Below the pieces are notes generated by a model. That model saw nothing but the letters and a program-made list of their open reading frames with translations. It ran no database searches and was not told the origin of the DNA. A stretch of 50,141 nt of DNA from Nemertoderma westbladi (Eukaryota; Animalia; Xenacoelomorpha). A program made the position numbers and the translations under genes. Shown here in pieces: positions 36,801-47,702 of the stretch (its first letter is position 1; the number at the start of each line of letters is the position of its first letter). Location: positions 1 through 50,141 of the forward strand of contig JAUCBJ010007851.1 in NCBI GenBank assembly GCA_032718475.1. Direction: 5' to 3'.

Positions 36801-39800
36801 GTTTACCAGGTTCCATATTGTTACGTAAACCCACGCCACTAGTTTACCAGGTTCCATATTGTTACGTCGTCCCACGCCACTAGTTTACCAGGTTCCATAT
36901 TGTTACGTCGTCCCACGCCACTAGTTTACCAGGTTCCATATTGTTACGTCGTCCCACGCCACTAGTTTACCAGGTTCCATATTGTTACGTCGTCCCACGC
37001 CACTAGTTTACCAGGTTCCATATTGTTACGTAGACCCACGCCACTAGTTTACCAGGTTCCATATTGTTACGTAGACCCACGCCACTAGTTTACCAGGTTC
37101 CATATTGTTACGTCGTCCCACGCCACTAGTTTACCAGGTTCCATATTGTTACGTAGACCCACGCCACTAGTTTACCAGGTTCCATATTGTTACGTCGTCC
37201 CACGCCACTAGTTTACCAGGTTCCATATTGTTACGTCGTCCCACGCCACTAGTTTACCAGGTTCCATATTGTTACGTAAACCCACGCCACTAGTTTACCA
37301 GGTTCCATATTGTTACGTAGACCCACGCCACTAGTTTACCAGGTTCCATATTGTTACGTAAACCCACGCCACTAGTTTACCAGGTTCCATATTGTTACGT
37401 CGTCCCACGCCACTAGTTTACCAGGTTCCATATTGTTACGTCGTCCCACGCCACTAGTTTACCAGGTTCCATATTGTTACGTCGTCCCACGCCACTAGTT
37501 TACCAGGTTCCATATTGTTACGTCGTCCCACGCCACTAGTTTACCAGGTTCCATATTGTTACGTAGACCCACGCCACTAGTTTACCAGGTTCCATATTGT
37601 TACGTAGACCCACGCCACTAGTTTACCAGGTTCCATATTGTTACGTCGTCCCACGCCACTAGTTTACCAGGTTCCATATTGTTACGTAGACCCACGCCAC
37701 TAGTTTACCAGGTTCCATATTGTTACGTCGTCCCACGCCACTAGTTTACCAGGTTCCATATTGTTACGTAGACCCACGCCACTAGTTTACCAGGTTCCAT
37801 ATTGTTACGTCGTCCCACGCCACTAGTTTACCAGGTTCCATATTGTTACGTAAACCCACGCCACTAGTTTACCAGGTTCCATATTGTTACGTAGACCCAC
37901 GCCACTAGTTTACCAGGTTCCATATTGTTACGTAAACCCACGCCACTAGTTTACCAGGTTCCATATTGTTACGTCGTCCCACGCCACTAGTTTACCAGGT
38001 TCCATATTGTTACGTCGTCCCACGCCACTAGTTTACCAGGTTCCATATTGTTACGTCGTCCCACGCCACTAGTTTACCAGGTTCCATATTGTTACGTCGT
38101 CCCACGCCACTAGTTTACCAGGTTCCATATTGTTACGTAGACCCACGCCACTAGTTTACCAGGTTCCATATTGTTACGTAGACCCACGCCACTAGTTTAC
38201 CAGGTTCCATATTGTTACGTCGTCCCACGCCACTAGTTTACCAGGTTCCATATTGTTACGTAGACCCACGCCACTAGTTTACCAGGTTCCATATTGTTAC
38301 GTCGTCCCACGCCACTAGTTTACCAGGTTCCATATTGTTACGTAGACCCACGCCACTAGTTTACCAGGTTCCATATTGTTACGTCGTCCCACGCCACTAG
38401 TTTACCAGGTTCCATATTGTTACGTAGACCCACGCCACTAGTTTACCAGGTTCCATATTGTTACGTCGTCCCACGCCACTAGTTTACCAGGTTCCATATT
38501 GTTACGTCGTCCCACGCCACTAGTTTACCAGGTTCCATATTGTTACGTAAACCCACGATACTAGTTTACCAGGTTCCATATTGTTACGTAGACCCACGCC
38601 ACTAGTTTACCAGGTTCCATATTGTTACGTCGTCCCACGCCACTAGTTTACCAGGTTCCATATTGTTACGTCGTCCCACGCCACTAGTTTACCAGGTTCC
38701 ATATTGTTACGTCGTCCCACGCCACTAGTTTACCAGGTTCCATATTGTTACGTCGTCCCACGCCACTAGTTTACCAGGTTCCATATTGTTACGTAAACCC
38801 ACGATACTAGTTTACCAGGTTCCATATTGTCACGTCGTCCCACGCCACTAGTTTACCAGGTTCCATATTGTTACGTAGACCCACGCCACTAGTTTACCAG
38901 GTTCCATATTGTTACGTCGTCCCACGCCACTAGTTTACCAGGTTCCATATTGTTACGTCGACCCACGCCACTAGTTTACCAGGTTCCATATTGTTACGTC
39001 GTCCCACGCCACTAGTTTACCAGGTTCCATATTGTTACGTCGTCCCACGCCACTAGTTTACCAGGTTCCATATTGTTACGTCGACCCACGCCACTAGTTT
39101 ACCAGGTTCCATATTGTTACGTCGTCCCACGCCACTAGTTTACCAGGTTCCATATTGTTACGTCGTCCCACGCCACTAGTTTACCAGGTTCCATATTGTT
39201 ACGTCGTCCCACGCCACTAGTTTACCAGGTTCCATATTGTTACGTCGTCCCACGCCACTAGTTTACCAGGTTCCATATTGTTACGTAAACCCACGATACT
39301 AGTTTACCAGGTTCCATATTGTTACGTCGTCCCACGCCACTAGTTTACCAGGTTCCATATTGTTACGTAGACCCACGCCACTAGTTTACCAGGTTCCATA
39401 TTGTTACGTCGACCCACGCCACTAGTTTACCAGGTTCCATATTGGTACGTGGTCCCACGCCACTAGTTTACCAGGTTCCATATTGTTACGTCGTCCCACG
39501 CCACTAGTTTACCAGGTTCCATATTGTTACGTCGACCCACGCCACTAGTTTACCAGGTTCCATATTGTTACGTAGACCCACGCCACTAGTTTACCAGGTT
39601 CCATATTGTTACGTCGACCCACGCCACTAGTTTACCAGGTTCCATATTGTTACGTCGTCCCACGCCACTAGTTTACCAGGTTCCATATTGTTACGTCGTC
39701 CCACGCCACTAGTTTACCAGGTTCCATATTGTTACGTCGTCCCACGCCACTAGTTTACCAGGTTCCATATTGTTACGTAGACCCACGCCACTAGTTTACC

Positions 39801-42350
39801 AGGTTCCATATTGTTACGTCGTCCCACGCCACTAGTTTACCAGGTTCCATATTGTTACGTAGACCCACGCCACTAGTTTACCAGGTTCCATATTGTTACG
39901 TCGTCCCACGCCACTAGTTTACCAGGTTCCATATTGTTACGCCGTCCCACGCCACTAGTTTACCAGGTTCCATATTGTTACGTCGTCCCACGCCACTAGT
40001 TTACCAGGTTCCATATTGTTACGTCGTCCCACGCCACTAGTTTACCAGGTTCCATATTGTTACGTCGTCCCACGCCACTAGTTTACCAGGTTCCATATTG
40101 TTACGTCGTCCCACGCCACTAGTTTACCAGGTTCCATATTGTTACGTAAACCCACGCCACTAGTTTACCAGGTTCCATATTGTTACGTCGTCCCACGCCA
40201 CTAGTTTACCAGGTTCCATATTGTTACGTAGACCCACGCCACTAGTTTACCAGGTTCCATATTGTTACGTCGTCCCACGCCACTAGTTTACCAGGTTCCA
40301 TATTGTTACGTAGACCCACGCCACTAGTTTACCAGGTTCCATATTGTTACGTCGTCCCACGCCACTAGTTTACCAGGTTCCATATTGTTACGTAGACCCA
40401 CGCCACTAGTTTACCAGGTTCCATATTGTTACGTAGACCCACGCCACTAGTTTACCAGGTTCCATATTGTTACGTCGTCCCACGCCACTAGTTTACCAGG
40501 TTCCATATTGTTCGTCGTCCCACGCCACTAGTTTACCAGGTTCCATATTGTTACGTAGACCCACGCCACTAGTTTACCAGGTTCCATATTGTTACGTCGT
40601 CCCACGCCACTAGTTTACCAGGTTCCATATTGTTACGTCGTCCCACGCCACTAGTTTACCAGGTTCCATATTGTTACGTAGACCCACGCCACTAGTTTAC
40701 CAGGTTCCATATTGTTACGTCGTCCCACGCCACTAGTTTACCAGGTTCCATATTGTTACGTAGACCCACGCCACTAGTTTACCAGGTTCCATATTGTTAC
40801 GTCGTCCCACGCCACTAGTTTACCAGGTTCCATATTGTTACGTAGACCCACGCCACTAGTTTACCAGGTTCCATATTGTTACGTCGTCCCACGCCACTAG
40901 TTTACCAGGTTCCATATTGTTACGTAGACCCACGCCACTAGTTTACCAGGTTCCATATTGTTACGTCGTCCCACGCCACTAGTTTACCAGGTTCCATATT
41001 GTTACGTAAACCCACGCCACTAGTTTACCAGGTTCCATATTGTTACGTAGACCCACGCCACTAGTTTACCAGGTTCCATATTGTTACGTCGTCCCACGCC
41101 ACTAGTTTACCAGGTTCCATATTGTTACGTCGTCCCACGCCACTAGTTTACCAGGTTCCATATTGTTACGTAGACCCACGCCACTAGTTTACCAGGTTCC
41201 ATATTGTTACGTAGACCCACGCCACTAGTTTACCAGGTTCCATATTGTTACGTGGACCCACGCCACTAGTTTACCAGGTTCCATATTGTTACGTCGTCCC
41301 ACGCCACTAGTTTACCAGGTTCCATATTGTTACGTCGACCCACGCCACTAGTTTACCAGGTTCCATATTGTTACGTCGACCCACGCCACTAGTTTACCAG
41401 GTTCCATATTGTTACGTAAACCCACGCCACTAGTTTACCAGGTTCCATATTGTTACGTCGTCCCACGCCACTAGTTTACCAGGTTCCATATTGTTACGTA
41501 GACCCACGCCACTAGTTTACCAGGTTCCATATTGTTACGTCGACCCACGCCACTAGTTTACCAGGTTCCATATTGGTACGTGGTCCCACGCCACTAGTTT
41601 ACCAGGTTCCATATTGTTACGTCGTCCCACGCCACTAGTTTACCAGGTTCCATATTGTTACGTAGACCCACGCCACTAGTTTACCAGGTTCCATATTGTT
41701 ACGTCGACCTACGCCACTAGTTTACCAGGTTCCATATTGTTACGTCGTCCCACGCCACTAGTTTACCAGGTTCCATATTGTTACGTCGTCCCACGCCACT
41801 AGTTTACCAGGTTCCATATTGTTACGTCGTCCCACGCCACTAGTTTACCAGGTTCCATATTGTTACGTAAACCCACGCCACTAGTTTACCAGGTTCCATA
41901 TTGTTACGTCGTCCCACGCCACTAGTTTACCAGGTTCCATATTGTTACGTAGACCCACGCCACTAGTTTACCAGGTTCCATATTGTTACGTAGACCCACG
42001 CCACTAGTTTACCAGGTTCCATATTGTTACGTCGTCCCACGCCACTAGTTTACCAGGTTCCATATTGTTACGTAGACCCACGCCACTAGTTTACCAGGTT
42101 CCATATTGTTACGTCGTCCCACGCCACTAGTTTACCAGGTTCCATATTGTTACGTCGACCCACGCCACTAGTTTACCAGGTTCCATATTGTTACGTCGAC
42201 CCACGCCACTAGTTTACCAGGTTCCATATTGTTACGTCGTCCCACGCCACTAGTTTACCAGGTTCCATATTGTTACGTCGTCCCACGCCAATAGTTTACC
42301 AGGTTCCCCACTAGTTTACCAGGTTCCATATTGTTATGTAAACCCACGAC
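18879..42350. repeat. 41-bp satellite array, ~570 copies, ~23.5 kb
   Basis: Unit ACTAGTTTACCAGGTTCCATATTGTTACGT[AAA/AGA/CGA/CGT/GGT]CCCACGCC, head-to-tail with no insertions; degenerate last units at 42290-42350. Confidence 0.99.
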
Positions 42351-43582
42351 ACCTATAAGTCTCTACATGCCCTGTAAGCGTCGTTCCTCCATCGTAGATA
42401 CAATGAACCTGTAAGGCTGTAAGATAGGTGTCGATAGAACGCGAGCTGTACAGAGTAGATCTACAGCAAATAAACCAATAAGAATAATAACAGAAAATAA
42501 TATCATAGTGTTATGATAAGTTATTATTAGTATAGCAGGTGTTGTTAGTGGTATTACTCAAACTTCGTTGGGAGATTGTTAATCCGCCGTCTCTTAATTC
42601 ACACATCGAAGATCGGATGATCGGATTAATAGATTGCAAATTCTCACAAAAATCAATAGGCCTAGATATAAACAAACAGTTAATACAAACAAAGTTCAAA
42701 CCACGATGGGGGGGGGGGGGGGGGGTTATATTGCACGGGGCCGGTTCTTAAAATACTAACGGATCCGCCGAATATCGCATCGCATGTCGATCAGCCCACT
42801 CGCCAACATCTCACCCGTTGGTAGGCCGGCGATGGCGAACTGGTTCACTCGTGTATGTGCGGATCCGACTTATCTAACAAAGAAAACCAACAGTTTAATA
42901 CGAAGTTCCTCGAATAAACTTCCTACCGGTAACGCAGTAACAGAAGCTGACAATCAAACGAACAACCAGCTAATAACTACCGTACTCGGCGTACTGCCGT
43001 ATTCGGGAAATTAAACTCACCGATTTCATCGAGATCGCTCCTGTTTATCAATCGATTATACTCAGTAGGGGCATCCAATATGACCAACAACCATCCAAAA
43101 ACTACAGAAAGTGCGTAGTCTGAAAAAGCAATTGGTTTCATAACATTAAAGTCGAAGAATCCTATGCTAAGTCGTTTCGAGTTTAATTCCTTCGATGATT
43201 CTACGTCGTCTCATCGTCTGATACTCCATAGATTGTGCATACTGCGTCGAGATAGAACGGGGAACACATTTAGATAACATTTAAGGAGTTCCAGACCGAC
43301 AAAGGCCGCGAAAAGCGACCGTAATCGCATATAACCGTCGGAACGGAGCTGTCATCCGCTGCGGAATGCGGTACTAAATTGTCGCCAGCGGCCGTTCGTC
43401 GGATTCAAACACCGCGATTCTTTTACATTTTGTAGACAGTTCCAAGGGTTTCAAATTGACAGAAGCAGAATTTCGAAAAAAGCAAAAAAATGACCAAAAA
43501 TAACAGTTTTAACACCGCGTACACGCAAATTACCGGTAAATGCAAGTAGGCCGACATATAAATATTTTGAATTACAAACTAA

Positions 43583-43725
43583 CGCACCCTCTCATTAATT
43601 AGTTGAATTCTCTATCGTTAATTCAGGGCTTGTCATTGGCTGAAGCAATTCCGTATCGTTAGGAATCCTGGCCACTGATTCGCTGAGAAGGCCTAACGAT
43701 AGAGAAATGTTTAGCAGGGGGTGCG
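43583..43725. repeat. Nested inverted repeats (MITE-like foldback)
   Basis: ttctctatcgtta (43608-43620) / taacgatagagaa (43694-43706), with outer cgcaccc / gggtgcg. Confidence 0.55.
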
Positions 43726-43755
43726 CGCGCCTCCAAAAATAAACCTAATGTAATA

Positions 43756-44070
43756 CCTATGTAGCTTTTCTCAACCTTAACATCACTAAAAACATCGGCC
43801 AGTTCCCTTCAAGAAAATGGTTGGGTCTAGAATTGGTACATACTGACATAAGGAGCGTTATTCCATTCCGCGTCTATATTCAATTCGTCTACGTAGCGGG
43901 ATTTAATAGCGCCTCAAAGTGGGTTTTAAAGTTCTCATCTGAAGGTGCTGGCTGATCAACCACTTTACCACCATCAATATCACCTTTCCAGTTGATAGCA
44001 TGCCAGATAGATTTGGCATTATTCGTTGCTAGAAGTTTAGCCCAACACGTTGCTGATTTGTATTTGGATT
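43756..44070 (-). pseudogene. Degraded LINE ORF2 fragment (linker between endonuclease and RT, RTE-X-like)
   Basis: Manual translation WAKLLATNNAKSIWHAINWKG...PSDENFKTHFEALLNP / YVPILD..PFS..EL resembles the LINE tether region; frameshifted. Confidence 0.6.
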
Positions 44071-44134
44071 CTCTACGTTACATAGTTATATATAGTAAAA
44101 GGTTGGTAAGAGTTGATACTGCACTGTCAGCCTG

Positions 44135-44562
44135 GGTTATGGTGCGTTAGGTCCTGGCGCTTTAGGTCCTGGTAGCAGCAGCAGGGTAGCGTTAGGTCCG
44201 TGGCATTAGGTCCTGGTAGCATTAGGTCCGTGGCGTTAGGTCTTGGTAGCGTTAGGTCCGTGGCATTAGGTCTTGGTAGCGTTAGGTCCGCGGTGTTAGG
44301 TCCTGGTAGCGTTAGGGCCTTGCCATTAGGTCAGTAGGTCCTTGAATAGATCCAGTCTTCCTCCAAAATCAGGCAGGTTAGTAAAGGAGCAGGTTACAGA
44401 GGCCAGTTGAATGGAACCAAAACAATAAACGAGAGTTAGGGATATTGTAGAATAGATTAATAGAGAATCAACAGTCAGATATATGCTATAGGACCTAATG
44501 ACTTAATGCGCCAGGACCTAAAAGCTACAGGACCTAACGCTACAGGACCTCAGCCTCATACC
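44135..44562. mobile_element. Foldback/MITE-like element with arrays of ~15-bp subterminal repeats in inverted orientation
   Basis: About 12 copies of gc(g/a)ttaggtcc(t/g)gg at 44143-44332 and about 4 inverted aggaccta copies at 44490-44550. Confidence 0.6.
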
Positions 44563-45527
44563 TCAGCCAGTCAGCCTGCAGACTTACTGCATTTGCATTG
44601 CGGTACGGTATCAGTATAGAACTGTAGAGCAGGAGCCTAGGTCTTTTTGTGTATTGGGCTAGAGGCCACAACAGAGATAACAGCTTATTTATTTAGCTCC
44701 ACTAACAATAGCGGCCTCTTCGACATACTTGAAGAACATTCTATTCGTTGAATCCTATTTAAATCTATTGTTTAAACCTATCTATCAATCTATAAGCTAA
44801 AGAGGGTAATTGTTTTAAAAATTTGGATATGTGTATTTATTAAATAGAATAAACTCAAACAGATAACAACTCTGCTTACCGGTATTTATTATTATTTGAT
44901 TTGATTTAGTCAACTTCCAACCTTAACTTTAACTTCTATTTTGCAGTTCAGTGTCAGTAGGCCTACCGTACTTACCGGTAGTAATTAAATTAGTAGGTTC
45001 AGTACCGGTGTACCTGTAGTTAGAAATTTTTACGTACCGGTAGCTCTTTACATTTTTTTTTTATATATACCGGTACTTAATGGTGGATAGTGTAGGCCTA
45101 ATAGTTTAATAGTTTATAAATGTAGGTGACTGACAACCTGGTAGGAATAAAATATATAGATACTGGTAGTCAATAGTGGTACTGGTACTGTAAAATCGAG
45201 TAAAATATATGAGATATACATAATGTATAAAATATGGAAGATTAACTAACATAATTAAAAAAAAATAAAAATTGGATTGACAGCAATTGACCATATTTAA
45301 GACAGATGGTAATGGGAGTAGCCGTCTGTCCACCATCCAGGCCATCTGCACATTGCATGCATGATACCATAAACAAAATTTTGTTATTATTATTTTATTT
45401 ACTCCCAGTATTTCATAATTATTATAATATTTTGTATTATTCAATTTAAAATTGACGGTAAATGTTGATGATGAATAAGAATAAGAATGGGCATTTTCAC
45501 GGTTTAATACTGCAATTCCTTAGATAT

Positions 45528-47206
45528 ATTGGTGTTTGCCGGAAACACTGGCCGGACAATACACCAATGAAAGCGGTTCGCGGTGGTTCCTTAGCAGCTT
45601 AGTGCAGTGCAGTAGTGCCGACAGATCATCCATCGGTGTTTACTGCAGCACCGGCATACCGGCGTCGGTTGTTTCCCACACTGCCACACTCCTCAGGTAA
45701 CGACATCAACCGATCGGTCGCGGCCATCCTCATGGAATATTCTTCCCAATGAACTGTCGCAGTTCCTCTACTACTACTACTACTAGGATCGGCATTCTGC
45801 ATTGCAGCTGCATTTTTAAGAATGCTGTTCCGGCTTGTCAACAAAATTGCACCGCCACAACTCCCTATCACCCATGATATTTGCTAGATCACCCGCATCT
45901 TCAAGGCCAGTGTCCTTTAAGATGCGTCTCAAGAAAGTCATGGGCTGTCCACCATGCTTATTCACTCCATGAGGCTGGCAAAGTACAAGATTATGCACTG
46001 GCTGGTCCTCACGGCGAAAGCAATATCCTGCAAAGCGGAGCCGATTTTGTTCTAGTGTCAAGGTTGGGGGAACCAATGAGACACCTCCAATGTTATATAG
46101 TAAGCATACCATCCTTTGAGCTTATGCTCATCCGATCAGAGACTTGCTGAGGACTTTCAAAGTTAACTGTCAAAATTTTGGTCTTTCTGGAGTTAATAAA
46201 AAGACCAACACTAGAAGCAGCATGTTCTAATGAGCTGAGGAGCCGTTGGGCTCCCTCTAATGATTCTGAGAGTACTCCTAAGTCATCAGCAAAGTCTAGA
46301 TCAGTTAGGTACTTGGCAGGATTTCCTCGACTTCTGGAGCCAGTAGGTGGAGTTATCATCACCCCATCATCATTATGATGATCTAAGGACATGCGTAAAA
46401 CATAGTCAACCACAATTATGAACAAGAATGGTGCAAGTGTGTCTCCCTGGAGGACGCCCCATAACACTTCAAATGGTTCTGTGTCACCGTCAACAGTAGA
46501 CACAAATGTTGTCGAACCATCGTATACTGATCTGATTGCTGCAATAATTTCATCAGGAATCCCATATAATGAAAGTATGCTGAACATACGTGAGCGAGAG
46601 ACTGAATCAAAGGCCTTGAAGAAGTCAACAAAGATAACAGCCAGATGCCTGTCTTTCTTTTTTGATAACTCTTCAATTATCCTTCTAAGTGCCAAAATGG
46701 GTTCCATGGTCCCACGACCTTTACGGAACCCATTCTGATTTCCACGGAGCAGTCTCTCAATGGGATCCCTGATGCGATTTAATAGAATCCTATTGTATAG
46801 CTTTGCAGCAATCGAGATCAATGAGATTCCCGGGCGACAAGATAGCGGCAGAGACTTCTCCTGCGGATTTTATAATAAAGTACTGTGGCGTAGAACTGGA
46901 TATATATTAAACCGTGGCGAGGCGGTACAACTCTATTGGCGATGCACCGGGATGCGAACTGGGGCTGTTGCGAAGTGGACCCTCGAGTTTGCAATAATTG
47001 ACGATAAGATTGAGTTCGTTTGTTTCTCGGATCTCGCTCGAAACAATATCCCTTTCCTTCGGTACAAGACCTGTTTAAGTTATTGGTCGGAAGTTACAGA
47101 ACTCATCAACTTAATCGATCATTATGAAGATGAGAATCTCCGCTTCATTGCTGCATTGTGTGTTACTGAACACCCCACGGAACGGAGTTATCTACACCTC
47201 TGGTGA
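45528..47206 (+). pseudogene. Possible relic of a THAP-domain / P-element-like transposase N-terminus, interrupted by the RTE insertion
   Basis: IGVCRKHWPDNTPMKAVRGGSL...VPTDHPSVF at 45528-45640 resembles the CxxH...P.xF end of THAP; a coding-like stretch continues after the RTE (..DDKIEF..WSEVTELINLI..). Recognition by eye only. Confidence 0.4.
45768..46833 (-). mobile_element. 5'-truncated RTE LINE, same family as 7955-9276, with a 302-bp internal deletion
   Basis: ORFs 46093-46821 and 45816-46112 are near-identical to the 442-aa ORF; (cta)n tail from 45768; deletion junction at 46101/46102 corresponds to 8652-8953. Confidence 0.93.
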
Positions 47207-47702
47207 TATCTGCAATGTTTTCCAGTAGTATTGCTATTCCATCAAACTCTGTAATATTCTAAGTTGAATAACAGTTGAAACTGCCTAGCCTACGGTTATT
47301 GCGCAGTTTAACTAACGCGACTGGTAAACTATCGTCGGGCACTTATTGTTCGGAACCCCGGTTTATATGGTTTCCGGCATCAGGTTAATCAAAAAGCCTA
47401 ACTCTTCCCTCCTGCACCACGTTGACGCCGTGGCAGAGCTTATAATTAAAATCATAGAGATTTTAGTTAAACTAAAGTTGCAGGATATATTTTAATTATA
47501 TTAGTAAATATAATACATAATTTTATGTTAATAATAAATAAGGAAGGTTTTACTGTGGAAGATCACCCATGGCGGTGAATAGGCATTCCTTGGCTTAACG
47601 AGCCTAAAAGATTCACCCATTCATAATAAATAAACACATAAATATTTTCATTCGACAACAATCCTCTACGTCCTATAATTTTCTTGAATAGTGAATTTGA
47701 TT

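Noticed and set aside
18879-42350. CRISPR array interpretation of the 41-bp repeat
   Set aside because: The variable part is only 3 nt with about five recurring states, there are no unique spacers or cas genes, and the context is eukaryotic retroelements.
18364-42725. Poly-C (18364-18385) and poly-G (42708-42725) as inverted ends of an element enclosing the satellite
   Set aside because: Similarity does not extend more than about 2 bp beyond the homopolymers.
42511-45444. Short ORFs of 62-112 aa right of the satellite
   Set aside because: No recognisable motifs; AT-rich or homopolymer-driven, consistent with chance ORFs.
47321-47331. 11-bp reverse-complement match (ctggtaaacta) to the 41-bp satellite
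   Set aside because: A match of this length is expected by chance and does not extend.
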